Assembly: GCA_964016885.1 (NCBI GenBank)
Contig: OZ024745.1
Location: 111,662,001 to 111,726,000 of the forward strand
Origin: Eledone cirrhosa
Taxonomy: Eukaryota
Length of the DNA: 64,000 nucleotides
Direction of reading: 5' to 3'
The notes below the pieces were generated by a model. It was not told the DNA's origin. It did not search any database and saw only the letters and a program-made list of their open reading frames with translations. The stretch's first letter is position 1; each line of letters starts with the position of its first letter. Shown piece after piece: positions 1-13,264 of the stretch. The position numbers and the translations under genes were made by a program.

Positions 1-71
1 GTTTAAACAGAAAGGACAATAATGGAAAAGAGCAAAGAATTCCAGCAACCAATATAATACCTTCCACACAT

Positions 72-105
<34 letters not shown>

Positions 106-124
106 GATTATATATATATATATA

Positions 125-365
125 TCATCATCATCATCATCAACGTTTAACGTCCGTGTTCCACGCTTGCATGGGTTTGGACGGGGGTAGTCCCACTTGA
201 GGCAAGAGTGATTGTCTTGCTCGCATAGGACTGTCTGGCAGGTTTTCTACAGTTGGATGCCCTTCCTAACACCAACCACATTTACAGTGTGGGGCTGGGA
301 GGTTTTTACCGTGTTGCCTACACGGCCACATTACAGCGTGGACTGTGTGTTTTTTTGTCGTGACA
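125..365 (-). mobile_element. Fragment of the abundant RTE-tailed repeat (GGAAGGGCATCC block plus (GAT)n tail)
   Basis: (CAT)n then aacgtccgtgttccacgcttgcatggg...ggatgcccttcctaacaccaacc; near-identical to 53668..53817. Confidence 0.75.
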
Positions 366-388
366 CCTACACGATCTCATTTACACGA

Positions 389-425
<37 letters not shown>

Positions 426-428
426 ACA

Positions 429-662
429 CATCAAACCATAGAAAACTAAGACAAAAACGTATTGTATGAGCAAAATGTGGTCACATGACCTGTCTAGCCT
501 CATCATGTGACAGTTGGTGTAACCCATGGATGCATGGAAAATAAACATTAAATGATGATGATGATGATTACATCGGCTGTCACATTATGAGGCTAGACAG
601 GTCCGGGGGACCACATTTTGCTCATACAATACGTTTTTCTCTTAGTTTTCTATGGTTGGATG
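429..662. repeat. Fold-back inverted repeat, about 94-bp arms (429..522 vs 568..662)
   Basis: aaccatagaaaactaagacaaaaacgtattgtatgagcaaaatgtggtc is the near-exact reverse complement of gaccacattttgctcatacaatacgtttttctcttagttttctatggtt. Confidence 0.85.
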
Positions 663-1052
663 CTCTTCCTATTGCCAACTACATTTTAACATGTACTGTC
701 TGTTTTTTCCTTATGCAATCCAAAACAGCTTGACCAAATCAAATCAAATTTTACAAGGTATTAGACCCCGGAAGTAAAAACATATAATTTTTATTTTCAT
801 TTGGATTAAAATGATATAACACTTTATCTAAAATAATCTACTATAAGCTATAATTAAACGGATATTTTATAACACAATGACGACGTCACATTTTGTATAT
901 GAGTGTGTATGTATATAAGAGAGATACAAGCTCCCTACCTATTTGAGAGGCCTGCAGCTCTGATTAAATACTGCCTTGGTCTGTGATGAACTGACAGGTA
1001 TATATATACACACACATATATGCATGCAAAAACGCACACACGTACACATACA

Positions 1053-1084
<32 letters not shown>

Positions 1085-1289
1085 AAAGAGATTTAATGAA
1101 TGGATTTTGATAATTACATGAGTATAGTAGCCTTAAATTGAGATCCAAAAATATTTCATTGTGGTAGATGGTTAAAGGAAGAATAGAAAAGCATTTAATA
1201 TATATATATATCAAGTAATCAACATCATCTAACATCTGTTTTACCATGCTGACAATAATAAACAACAAAAAGAACAGCGTAGCAGAGGT

Positions 1290-1336
1290 TCAGGTCTGTG
1301 GGTGTGGAGGTGGAGGAATAGGAGGCAGAAAGGGTA
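1290..1336 (-). CDS. Candidate terminal coding exon (xPFLPPIPPPPHPQT*) of an unidentified minus-strand gene
   Basis: Minus strand ctaattcttacag acceptor with branch-like CTAAT, short Pro-rich frame ending TGA; no homology recognised. Confidence 0.2.
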
Positions 1337-1369
1337 CTGTAAGAATTAGCCAAGTTCTGAAGTAGTAGA

Positions 1370-2012
1370 AATAATTGTTTCTACTTTTGGCACAAGGCCA
1401 GCAATTATCCCAGTGCATTACTGGTACTTTATTTTATCGACCCCGTAAGGATGAAAGGCAAAGTTAACCTCGGCGGGATTTGAACTCCGATCATAAAAAG
1501 AGGTAACTCTATGCTTCAAAGCATGGCGTCCGACCCTTACCGATACTGCCAATCCACTGCCCTTTTTTTTCTGGAGTAGTAGAAATAATGGTTTGTGATT
1601 TAGGCACAAGGTTAAAATTTTGAGGCAAGAGAAAGTTGATTAAATTGACCCCCAGTGTATTACTGGTGCTTTATTTTATCAACCCTGTAAGGATGAAAAA
1701 TAAAGCCAACCTCAAAGGAATTTGAACTTAGAACGTAAAGGGCCATAACTTTATGCCACAAAGCATATAGTCCGATGCTCTACTGATACTTCCAATCCTA
1801 ATAATAATTATTTCTGATTTAGGCACAAGGCCAGCAATTTTGGGGGAGGGGAAAGTCAATTAAATCAACCCCAGTGTATTACTGGTACTTTATTTTATTG
1901 ACCCTATAAGGATAAAAGGCAAAGCTAACCTTGGCGGGATTTGAACTCAGAACGCAAAGGGCCATAACTCTATGCTGCAAAGCATAGTGTCCGACGCTCT
2001 ACCGATTCTGCC
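1370..2012 (-). mobile_element. Three tandem copies of tRNA-derived SINE family N (Nin/Deu-like central domain)
   Basis: Each copy has a tRNA-like head with B-box (gagttcaaatccc), gcctttcatccttacggggtcgataaaataaagtacc core and (ATT)n tail. Confidence 0.85.
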
Positions 2013-2409
2013 TAACATCAACTAGATTTGACTAGTCTTAGAAACTGAATTAATATTATCAATCACTGGCCATGGGAACAGAGTAACCATTATAAACCTG
2101 CTCTGCCACCTCCTATGACAAAGTCATGTATATAAGAAGAGGGAAAAAACCCCAAAATTAAAGAAAGGAGGTGATTAATAGGGATAGTCTCAGGCATTGG
2201 AAGTGAGTGTGTGTGTGGGGGGGGGGGGGTTTCCATGAAAGAGGTTCCTATACAACTATTATGTGAAATACCTCATGGCACTACAGCTATCATGGCTCAG
2301 GTAATTACACAAGAAAGAAACGGAATCTGAAATGGAGGCTATAAACTTAACTTGCACTTCTTAGTTTGTTGTTAATTCTAAGAATGCAAGAATCACTTTC
2401 TCGCCACCA

Positions 2410-2745
2410 CCACCCCTCCCTATCTCTCTCTCTCTCTCTTTCTCACATACATACAACATACACTCTTTCTCTTCTCACACACAGAATCACACACTTTCTC
2501 TCTGTCCCTCTTGCTCTCTTTCTCACACACACACACACACACTTTCTCTTTACCTCTCTCACACACACACACTTTTTCTTTTCCTCTCTCACACACACAC
2601 ACACACTTTTTCTTTTCCTCTCTCACACACACACACACACACTTTTTCTTTTCCTCTCTCACACACACACACACACTTTCTCTTTTCCTCTCTCTCACAC
2701 ACACACTCTTTCTCTCTCTCTTCCTTCTCTCCCCTCCTCTCTGTC
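2410..2745. repeat. Compound (CT)n/(CA)n microsatellite with higher-order units
   Basis: Repeated ttttcttttcctctctcacacacacac units. Confidence 0.9.
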
Positions 2746-3072
2746 TCTGCCATTCTTCTGCACTACAATGCTTCAAGCTTCTCACTGTTTTGATCCTTAA
2801 CAAGACAGAGGGTGAGGTTCTAGTCAGCTCTATGGTGATCATTGCAGTAAAACCAACTCTACATACAACCAGTTATTGAAGACAGACATCCTATAGTTTT
2901 TTTTTTTTTTCATTGACTTAACTCCAGTAACTTCTGTCTATTACATGCTGCCAATTAGTATATACAACTTTGCACCTGTAAAGTTGTCTCTATTGTGTAG
3001 AAAAGCAAAAGGATATTTACTACACCAACATGAATTGAAACTTCTTTCTACCATTTAAAAAAAAAAAAACTT

Positions 3073-3415
3073 TTGGTGTTACTGGTGGTGATGGTAGTGT
3101 TGGTGGTAGCAGCAACAGTAGAAGTGGTAGTGTTGGCAGTGACAGTGGTGGTAGTGGTGGTATTGGTAGTGGTGGTATTGGTGATGGTGGTATTGGTGAT
3201 GGTGGTGGTTGTTGTAGCAGTAGCGGTAGTGGTGGTGGTGGTGGCAGTGACAGATGTTGTGGTGGAGGTGGTAGCACCAATGGTAGAAGTGGTGGTGGTG
3301 GTGGAGGTGGTAGCACCAATGGTAGAAGTGGTGGTGGTGGTGGAGGTGGTAGCACCAATGGTAGAAGTGGTGGTGGTGGTGGTGGTAGTGATAGCAGCAA
3401 CAGTAGTAGTAGTAG
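3073..3415. repeat. (GGT/GTA)n trinucleotide tract with 39-bp higher-order repeats
   Basis: Three copies of gtggaggtggtagcaccaatggtagaagtggtggtggtg; poly-V/P/H ORFs are artefacts. Confidence 0.9.
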
Positions 3416-4349
3416 ATATAGTTTTTCTTCTTTTTTTTTGGTGTGAGTGTAAAAGTTAATAGAGTGGACGACAATAAAAAGTGCCTGGGAAGATAATGAA
3501 AGTAAAGAAATTTCAGTCCTTTTCATCTTCCTTTCTTATGAACAACACTTCTACCCTAAACATGACTGCAGCAGATATTGTCGACAATAAACTGGAAACA
3601 ACCATCTTGACACACACACACTCACTCACACTGAGCTGTATTTGCAAACTACAGCCATTATAAGAAAGCATATGGCGATCTGTAAAGTTTAGATGTGTTT
3701 ATTATATAAGGAAACTACAGGATTTTAAACAACTTTGTGATTGATAATTAGATAGATACTCCAGAAAAGTGCCAAACTCCAGGTAGCAACACAACTCATA
3801 TGTAATTGCTTTTTCCCTTCTTAAATTAACATAAACCCACCCCAGATATAAAGTTATTTAGCTTTAAGAAAATCTCCCACTTTTCTCTGTTTGTTAATAT
3901 TATTTTTTGTTGCTGAAAAGTAAACAATAATAAATAAGATGTTTTTTTTTTTCTTTTAAACAAGGTAACCTCAGCAGGAGAAAAGACAATGTTTAGTCTA
4001 GAGAAAGATTGTAAACCAAATCTAAGCTTCTTCATTCATTGTTTGAAATAGTGTACAATATTGGTTTGGAAGAAAGAAAAAATGTTTCATTTGCAGTCGG
4101 TTGAGTAACAATAAGAGAAAGCCATTAGTGAAGCAGTAAAGCAATGACTGTTCACATGCAATCATTGTTAGATGGACCCTGAATCCTATAACAGAGAAGC
4201 CTTCAGCCTCCTGAATTCTCTGCTTGCCAAATAAAGTGCCTAGCTGATCAAATCAAACCAGATGAGTGTATGCCTTTATTTTCACCTGTAAAAATGACAG
4301 TGCCTCAGTATAATCATGTCCCAATGACTGGAGCCCATCAAAAAATTAT

Positions 4350-4700
4350 AAGAGAATCAGATTCCAATCCAAACTAAGGCCTTCTCACTTCTGTTGGAGG
4401 AACCCCTCTCTGGTTGACCTCAACTGCCATCTGTTTGGTTTTGGTCATGTCAGGGGTGCAGCCATACTCATCCCGCTTGGCCAATTTCAGGTTGGTGAGG
4501 CTTTTTAATCTATAGTTAGGGTGGATGGCCGTTGACTCTGAAGAGTTCATCCACCCTTTTAACAGCTCTTATTTTTTGTACTGCTGAGGTACCACTTACC
4601 CTCTTCACCGGACCTGGGTTTGGTCGGGGAGCCGGTTTAAACATCAACCATTCAATTTCAATCATGAAGCAGGTTATACTGGGTTACATGGTACCAATCA
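4350..4700 (-). mobile_element. 5-prime UTR fragment of a LINE related to the 48830..51290 element
   Basis: Shares caggttatactgggttacatgNtacca, gccggttta and ggccgttgactct blocks with 51100..51265. Confidence 0.65.
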
Positions 4701-5349
4701 AGTACCAGAGTCAATTCAATTGCTCCTGTACATCCCCACCACAAAAAGAAAAAATAACATTTGCCAGCACGTGCCTAAATTAGAAACCAAGGAGACCACT
4801 AATCACGGGACTTAATACATAGGGAAATGCAGAATCAGTATAGAGAAGCCTGATCTGATATAAACTCAAATTACACTATTCATTTTTTAAATGTAAAACA
4901 GTGAGGAATCCTAAAGACAGTTGAGTTGATGCAGAGAGGAAATAAAGCCAGCGGGTTTCATACTTACTAACAACTTATATAGTTCAAATTTTATAAAGGA
5001 ATTATGAGAAAATAAAGACCACAGAAAGTAAAAAAGCAAACAATGTTTTGCTTTTTTTTCTAATATATGAATTAATTAGAAGAAGAACAGTACCCAAGAC
5101 TTTTGTTAGCTGATAAGGTTGATACTGTTAATGTCCCTCTGCATGAGAACAAAGAAAGAACAAAGAATTAAAAACTCAGAAGGAGTACATCCTGCCTGAG
5201 GAAGAAGCCCTGTGAGGCGAAGTGGTTGATGCAGCAGGTGTTGCTGGCTGTCCTTTGCATTTTGACTACATGGTGCAGCTGAGATACATTGCTGAGACCT
5301 GTAGTGTAATATCTGACACTCCCTTCTCCCTTTCCCCTACTTTCTTCTT

Positions 5350-5790
5350 TTTCACCCACTTATTCCTGGAAGTGTCGTAGGGGGCAGAGTCCTTGAGCTC
5401 GCCTTTCAGCGACATTCTAAGCACATGTCTGTAATATCATAGAGATATAGCGGCTCTACTTGGAGTGACTTTTTGATCTCTAAGCTATGCACGCTATCGA
5501 GTAACATCACTCCAAAGACCCTTCAGAGGAACCCCATTTCTGCCACTTTTATTCACATTTGTATTCTTTTAATCATTACCTAAGATTCAGGACCAGAAGT
5601 AAGGGTTGGTACAAATACCAAATTGAAGATAGTAAGATCGGCTTTTACTCCTACCTTTCTTCTTCTGATGACCAAATGCTGAAGCTGGACACATTACTGC
5701 ACTAGCTCCTGCAATTCATGCACTTAATTCAACCTCCTTCCTCCCATTATTCATGAGCACAGTCCCAAGATACTTGAATTGTAGCATAGA
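5350..5790 (-). mobile_element. Decayed RTE (Rex3/Expander-like) RT C-terminal fragment
   Basis: Minus frames give QFKYLGTVLMNNGRKEVE...IAGASAVM and an AEMGFL-like motif, broken by stops and frameshifts. Confidence 0.6.
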
Positions 5791-6756
5791 CTTTACTGGG
5801 GAGGCTTAACAAGATCCCTCTGTAATTAGAGCAATCTCTCATCTTCCTTTTTGGAAAGTTGGGATTATTACTCCCAATTGCCATTGCTTAGATATCTTTC
5901 CAGAAATGCAGGCTACCTGGCATACACTAGCCAACCAGAAAATACTTTCTCTATTTAAGGTTTTTAACATCTCGGAGCTCTTTAATTACTCATGTGACCT
6001 TGGATTCTGAGAGTTTAATCATTGCTACCAGATGCACCTCGTGTACATGAGAAGACTAGGTTTAGGAGATCAGCAAAGTATTTTTTCCACCTCACAAGGA
6101 TACACCTCACAAGGATACACCTCTCTGAAGAGAGGAGAACCTGAAACACGTTCTTGATAGCAGATGTGGAGGAGGGCTTCTTATAACGAAGTCGGTGGAT
6201 GGTCTGTCAGAACACTTGATTTGCTGATCTGAAGTCGGATTCCTTTTCCTCTATTCTCACAATTTAATTCTTTTTCGTTTTTTTTTTTTTTCATTTTTAT
6301 TGGAAACATTATATAATCTAATTGAAATTTGTTGAATAAAAATATCTCATAAAAAAAAAAAAAGAAATACTAAATAAATAAAGATCTCAGAACTCCACTT
6401 TTACCTTGTCAACTTTGTGGCAAACATTTTTGGAAAGGGTACCCATCTTAAACTAAGATTAACTTATTTTCTTTCTTTCAGTCTCTCTTCAAGCTGGTTT
6501 GGTCTTTTAATTAGGTTCAGAGATACAGATCATGTGAGTTATCTTTTAGGAAGTTTTTTTTTTTTTATTGTTTTTTTTTGTTTTTTTTTAGAATTTTCTA
6601 GAATATTTCATCTTTCAGCCACCTTAGTAACAGTTCAGCTTTCTAACACTATATGCAGGCAAGAAATTTTTCACAATGACTTTTCCTAATTAGAACAAGT
6701 TTTCTTGCCATAGAAAACTTCCTTCGTGTTAATTAACTCACTAGTACTCAGCCACT

Positions 6757-7272
<516 letters not shown>

Positions 7273-7589
7273 CAACTTAATTAATTTCAGTACAACCATT
7301 AGTTAGAAAGACACCAACTTAAACATAGTTCCAACAAATTAGTCTATGCCTTCAGACAGTTCTTCATTTTCTTACCATTCTTTCACTTTGGAATATTATT
7401 CATGTTTTATCCATTCCAGAACTTAGTCTTGCTATCTCCTGATTGCTAATTTATTAGTGTTTGGTGTGTGCATGTGTATATGTATGTGAATAATCACATA
7501 TACATATACACACACACACATATATTTATAGACACATATGCATATATATATCCACACATGGTGGCTGCCAACTCGTTTTCGAGTACGGC

Positions 7590-7950
7590 CACTACTTTAT
7601 ATCGATGTAGGAGAACCCCTACCGATGCGCTGAACAAGTGTGACTTTTTTAGTCCAGCCAGCGACTTGAAAACTCTGGTACAAACACTACACCTGTGACA
7701 ATTATTGACACATAGTGCTGGGCCCATGGTACCATGTGACGACAAGTGCAGAGAGATCTCCAGATATAAAGCAATGCCTGTGCCGTGAAGCTTTTATAGT
7801 GAGCAAAGGCACTGCACAAAGCCAGTCCCACTCTCTTAAACAAGATGATATTTACCAAAAAGAAGAACAAGTCAACATCATTGGATACCATCAGGGTTGC
7901 AGGTGTTATATCAGAGTTTTCCTTCTCCTAGAATTCTGCCTTGACAAAGG
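7590..7950 (-). mobile_element. RTE/BovB-like ORF C-terminal remnant with C2H2-like knuckle
   Basis: Minus ORF 7494..7745 contains CSVCTRVFKSLAGLKKSH, resembling the CxxCxRxFxSxxGLxSH motif at RTE ORF ends. Confidence 0.55.
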
Positions 7951-8399
7951 CTAAGGGGTCATATCCACACATACATATATACATACACAAATACATACAT
8001 ACATATATACATATATATACACATACATAGATATGCACATATGCATACACATATACATACATACAGGCATATACATATATGTATAGATGCATATATACAT
8101 ATACAAACAGATATATATATATATGTGTATATATATATATACACACACACACATACACACACACACACACACACATGAACCCAAGTTGAAGCATATATAT
8201 ATATATTTAGTCTACACCACCTTCACCTCTACCCCACCTCACTCTTCCATACACCTCCCATGCACACAGGCTGAAGCATACATCTCATGTGCACCACCTT
8301 GCCCCCCTTCTACTTACCTCCCACATCCTAACACTCCACTCCTCACACACGCCCATATAGCCACCTCCCTAATTCCCACACACCTCTCCCACTAAAGTT

Positions 8400-9256
8400 C
8401 CCAGGCAACACAGTAAAGTGGTCATGATAGCGACATGACTAAAAACACCCAGGCCACACTGTAAAATGGTCGTGTAGGTGTCACGCCAAAGAGCTCCCAG
8501 CCCACACTTCAAAGTGGTCATGTAGGAGTCACAACAAAAAGCACCCAGCCCACACTTCAAAGTGGTCATGTAGGTGTCACAACAAAAAGCACCCAGCCCA
8601 CACTTCAAAGTGGTCGTGTAGGTGTCACAACAAAAAGCACCCAGCCCACACTGTAAAGTGGTCGTGTAGGTGACACGACAAAAAGCACCCAGCCCACACT
8701 GTAAAATGGTCGTGTAGGTGTCACGACAAAAAGCACCCAGCCCACACTGTAAAGTGGTCGTGTAGGTGTCACGACAAAAAGCACCTAGTCCACACTGTAA
8801 AGTAGATGTGTAGGTGTCACGACAAAAAGCACCCAGCCCACACTCAAAGTGGTTGTGTAGGAGTCACAACAAAAAGCACCAGCCCACACTGTAAAGTGGT
8901 CGTGTAGATGTCACGACAAAAAGCACCCAGCCCACACTGTAAAGTAGATGTGTAGGTGTCACGACAAAAAGCACCCAGTCCACACTGTAAAGTAGATGTG
9001 TAGGTGTCACAACAAAAAGCACCCAGCCCACACTTCAAAGTGGTCATGTAGGAGTCACGACAAAAAGCATTCAGCACACACTGTAAATGAGGTTGGTGTT
9101 AGGAAGGGCATCCAGCTGTAGAAACCAAAACAAAATCAGTTCTGTATGAGCAAGACATGGATGGTCACCTGACCTGGCATTTCTCATAACAGGACAACTC
9201 ATCTAATTCATGCTAGCATGGAAAAATATACGTTAAACGATGATGATGATGATGAT
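8400..9256 (+). repeat. 48-bp minisatellite (about 14 copies, 8400..9085) amplified inside an RTE-tailed repeat
   Basis: Unit cacactgtaaagtggtcgtgtaggtgtcacgacaaaaagcacccagcc (period 48, e.g. 8647 to 8695), then ggttggtgttaggaagggcatccagc and (GAT)n tail. Confidence 0.9.
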
Positions 9257-9265
9257 ACATATATA

Positions 9266-10140
9266 TCATCATCATCATCATCATTTTACATCCGCTTTTC
9301 CCTGCTTGCAAGGGTGGGACGGGTCTTATTCAGCACAGCATCTCTCCACTTGTCACGGTCCTTCGTCATCTCCACCGTGAGCTTCAGCGATGTGCTATAA
9401 GAACCAGATCGTCAGCATAGAGAAGTTCCCATGGACAGCCAGTCTTAAACTCCTCTGTTATGGCTTGGAGGACTATAATGAACAAGAGCGGGCTGAGGAC
9501 CGAACCTTGATGTACTCCTACTTGTATCTGGAATTCCTCACTAAACTCCATTCCTACCCTGACTTTACTGACAGCACCTCTGTACAATGTTTGCACTGTC
9601 CTCACAAGCCATTCCTCAACACCTAGTTTCTTTAGGGACCACCAGATGACAGATTGGGGTACCCTATCAAAGGCCTTCTCTAGGTCAACAAAGGCTAAGT
9701 ATAGTGGCTTATTCTTCTCTAAGAACCTCTCTTGTAATTGTCTCACCAAGAAGAGGGCATCTGTTGTACTTTTCCCAGGCACAAAACCAAACTGCATCTC
9801 ATCTAGTTTGACCCTTTCTCTAATTAGTTGTGCTAATATCCTTTCTGCTACTTTCATAACCTGATCCATCAGTTTTATACCCCTATAATTGCTCCTCTCC
9901 AGAGCATCTCCTTTACCTTTGTAGCAATTTATGAGAATACTGCTGCACCAGTCTTTGGGTATGACACCACCATATATAGCCTGATTGATGATGTGTGCAA
10001 CCAGTTTAGTGCCTACGTCCCCTGATGCTTTCAGCATCTCAGCAACTATACCCGACGGTCCAGCAGCCTTACCATTTTTCATTGCCTTAATCGCCTCTTG
10101 GAGCCTATATTTGTCAATCACAATAGCTGGTCCCTCTGTC
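9266..10140 (-). mobile_element. RTE-clade LINE family A, 5-prime truncated with internal deletion
   Basis: ORF 9384..10121: NYRGIKL, QFGF, DLEKAFDRV, GVHQGSVLSP, LYADD; joined directly to the 3-prime end and (GAT)n tail. Confidence 0.95.
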
Positions 10141-10142
10141 AG

Positions 10143-10430
10143 ATCATCATTTCATTTTACGTCCACTTTTCCCTGCTTGCAAGGGTGGGACGGGAACTGA
10201 TTCTGGCTTGATTTCTACAGCTGGATGCCCTTCCTAACACCAACCTCATTTACAGTGAGTGCTGGGTGCTTTTTTTTGCCTATCATCTCATTTCTACAGC
10301 TGAGTAAACTGGAGCAATGTGAAATAAGGTGCCTTGCTCAAGGAAACAACACATCACCCGGTCTGAGAATTGAACTCACAACCTTTCGATTGCAAGGCCA
10401 ATGCTCTAACCACTAAGCCATGTGCCTCCA
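10143..10430 (-). mobile_element. tRNA-derived SINE family M (RTE-derived tail), internally shortened
   Basis: Head ggaggcacatggcttagtggttagagca...gagttcaattc, Meta/MESC-like core ccttgagcaag, tail shared with RTE family A. Confidence 0.85.
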
Positions 10431-10919
10431 TCTATATATATATATATATATATATGAATACATATATATATGATTATGATGATGGCTTCATCTTGTCAGA
10501 TGATAGTTGTCTCACCCTCCCATGTGCAAGGTGACTCTTCAATCCAGAAACAAAAGACATGATCAACACCACCGCCACCTGCCAAGGTACTAACAACACT
10601 ATAACACAGGAAACATCAGAACAGGTGACTGGAGAAACCTGACTGCTCCTGACTATACTACATCTGCTGAGGTGATGAAACTATGAAAGTGGTGGTATTT
10701 CATTGTCACAAATACGAGTAAAAACCCTATAGTTGTAGCTATAGGATCAATGTCTATATAGTGTCAATAATTTAGAGCCCTGTTCTGCATTGACTGGAGA
10801 TTACAAAAGAGACATCTGTATTTCATGGATTATAGAGACAAATGCTTGTACAACATATTGTCACTCTCTGTATCTAAGTGATTATAATCTGATGACAAGT
10901 GTAAGCAAGATGATGAGTA

Positions 10920-11310
10920 CTCATGTAAACTGTGGGCTTCACTTCAGAGTTTACCTCTCTTAAAAGAATGCTGTAACAACAGTTTGGGGTTCTTCACTCC
11001 CAGTGGACTTACTACATTCCCTGACACCAACTAGGTGGATTTCTGTCATAATTGTGACTAAGGAGCCCCATCTACCCCGGTCAGAGGGACCTTCTTTTAG
11101 ACAGACTGCCACTCAAGATTGACAAGCTCTGACTAGCTGGAGCAACTGATTTTAAGGCACCAGTAATTTTCCCTTTGCCCCTTACCTTGTCAGTTCCAAA
11201 CATCTCCACCACGTGAAGGCCAGGAGCTTGGCTTCAGATGTCAGGGGTTATGTGAGATGCAAACCATTTGGGGCATTTTTCAGGCCTACTCCCACCCTGG
11301 CAATGATAAC
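10920..11310 (-). mobile_element. RTE-like 5-prime UTR fragment with a degenerate HDV-like ribozyme motif
   Basis: Minus gacatct...ctcctggccttcacgtggtggagatgtttggaactgac; resembles RTE 5-prime termini from memory. Confidence 0.4.
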
Positions 11311-11705
11311 CTTATATGGTTATATACATATATATAGTATGGAAAATAGACATTAAACGATGAGGATGATGATATATATATATATATACACACACACATA
11401 CATGAAGATGATGATGATCATACATATATATACATTTATTTAGAAATAACAGAAGGCTGGACTAGAAATATACCTTTAAAGTTTTAATGTTGCAAAAAAT
11501 ACGATACATATTTCAATATTTAACTCCATTCCTGCACAATCCACGGGATACCACATCTACGATGGATGAGTTGCATAATATAGAGTGCTTTTCTTACTAT
11601 TACATCATGGTTTGCTAACTGGAATGACCAGTTCTACCCATTGGCAAACCACACAATCATCATCACCATTTAGCGTCCATTTATCCATGCTTGCATGGAT
11701 AAATG

Positions 11706-11741
<36 letters not shown>

Positions 11742-12135
11742 GGAGGCACATGGCTTAGTGGTTAGAGCATTGGCCTTGCAATCGAAAGGTTGTGAGTTCA
11801 ATTCCCAGACCAGGTGATGTGTTGTTTCCTTGAGCAAGACACTTTATTTCACATTGCTCCAGTTTATGCAGCTGTAGAAATGAGAGGATAGGGACCGGGG
11901 TCCCTATCATTCCACTACAAAGTGGTCGTGGAGGTACTACGGAAAAAAAAAATGCACCCAGCCTACACTGTAAAGTGGACGTGTAGGCGCCACGGAAAGA
12001 AAGCACCCAGCACTCACTGTAAATAAGGTTGGTGTTAGGAATGGCATCTAGCTGTAGAAATCAAGCCAGAATCAGTTCACGTCTGACCCTTGCAAGCAGG
12101 GAAAAGCGGACGTAAAATGAAATGAATGAAATGAT
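11742..12135 (+). mobile_element. SINE family M, full length
   Basis: tRNA head, ccttgagcaagacac core, two 48-bp-type units, RTE tail; flanked by (TA)n. Confidence 0.9.
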
Positions 12136-12874
12136 ATATATACACACACAATGCTATTGACCACATCATCTACAACACCACTTCTATTGCCGCTTGTGTA
12201 TTCTCAACCCAACTACACCCCCTTGTCTCCAATGCTAACAAAGGTAACCTTTTCCCTCCTACTCTCAACCCTATCAAATCATACCACATTTGCCATACAT
12301 CCATAACTACATACTTGTCTTTCTTCTCTTCTCCCCCCTCCCCCACCCCAACAGAACAGAGACAGTTTTTCAGTTGGGACAATAACTAACACCCTCTCTA
12401 ATGTTGGTGCCCCAAAAATGCACCCGGTACTCTCTGTAAGATAGTTGGCAATAAGAAAGGAACCTTGCTGTGAAAACCATGCTAAAAGGGTTGAGAGGAG
12501 CCCTCAGTTGTGTCAACAGCACAACTACCTCTCTCTCGTGTCGGTGCCATGATAAAATGCACTCAGTAGAGCATGGGCTCGTATGCAAGCAAGACGCAGA
12601 CTCCTGGCATGTGTGGGAGGTTAGTAGCCTCACTTCAGTACTGACCCTGTCTGTGAAGGTTCGTCCAACCCTTGGGAAAGCAGATGTTAAATGATATTAT
12701 CATCATCATCATCGAAGTCACAGTTTATTGTCCAGTGGGTTCTTTTTATAGTGGGGCCAAAACGACCATTTTACAATGTGGACTGGGGGCTGGGGTGTAA
12801 GGTTGTGGGTGAAGGGTGGTGTGTTAGGATTTGAGTGGAGTGTTAAGACTTGGGTGGTGTATTGCAGGGGGGAG

Positions 12875-12921
<47 letters not shown>

Positions 12922-13264
12922 GTGTATATACGTAAAAGTAATAGCAAAAATAACAAAACAAACGGTACAGTACATGAAAGAAATATATTAGTTTAACGCC
13001 TGAAATGGCAGGAAGATTGTATTTGAGTATGTTAAACCGGGATGTGACTATGGGGGTTGGTGTTAAAAAAGGGCATCAGGCTGGCTGTAAAACTGCCTCA
13101 AAAATATTCATGATAAGAAACAAACATAAAAACCATGCCATGTCCCAAAAAAAACAAATAAATTAAAGGGAAGCTACTTTGGGATTTTAGATGCAAGGGA
13201 AATAACTATAGAATTTATAAATTTCATTTATTTAGTTACGAGGCTTTGGAGACATCATTTTTTA

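Noticed and set aside
6482-6533. Plus-strand 52-nt segment with good splice signals
   Set aside because: No compatible neighbouring exon or recognisable peptide
8400-9085. CRISPR-like regular array (also 28672..29447)
   Set aside because: Head-to-tail tandem units without unique spacers, no cas genes, eukaryotic context
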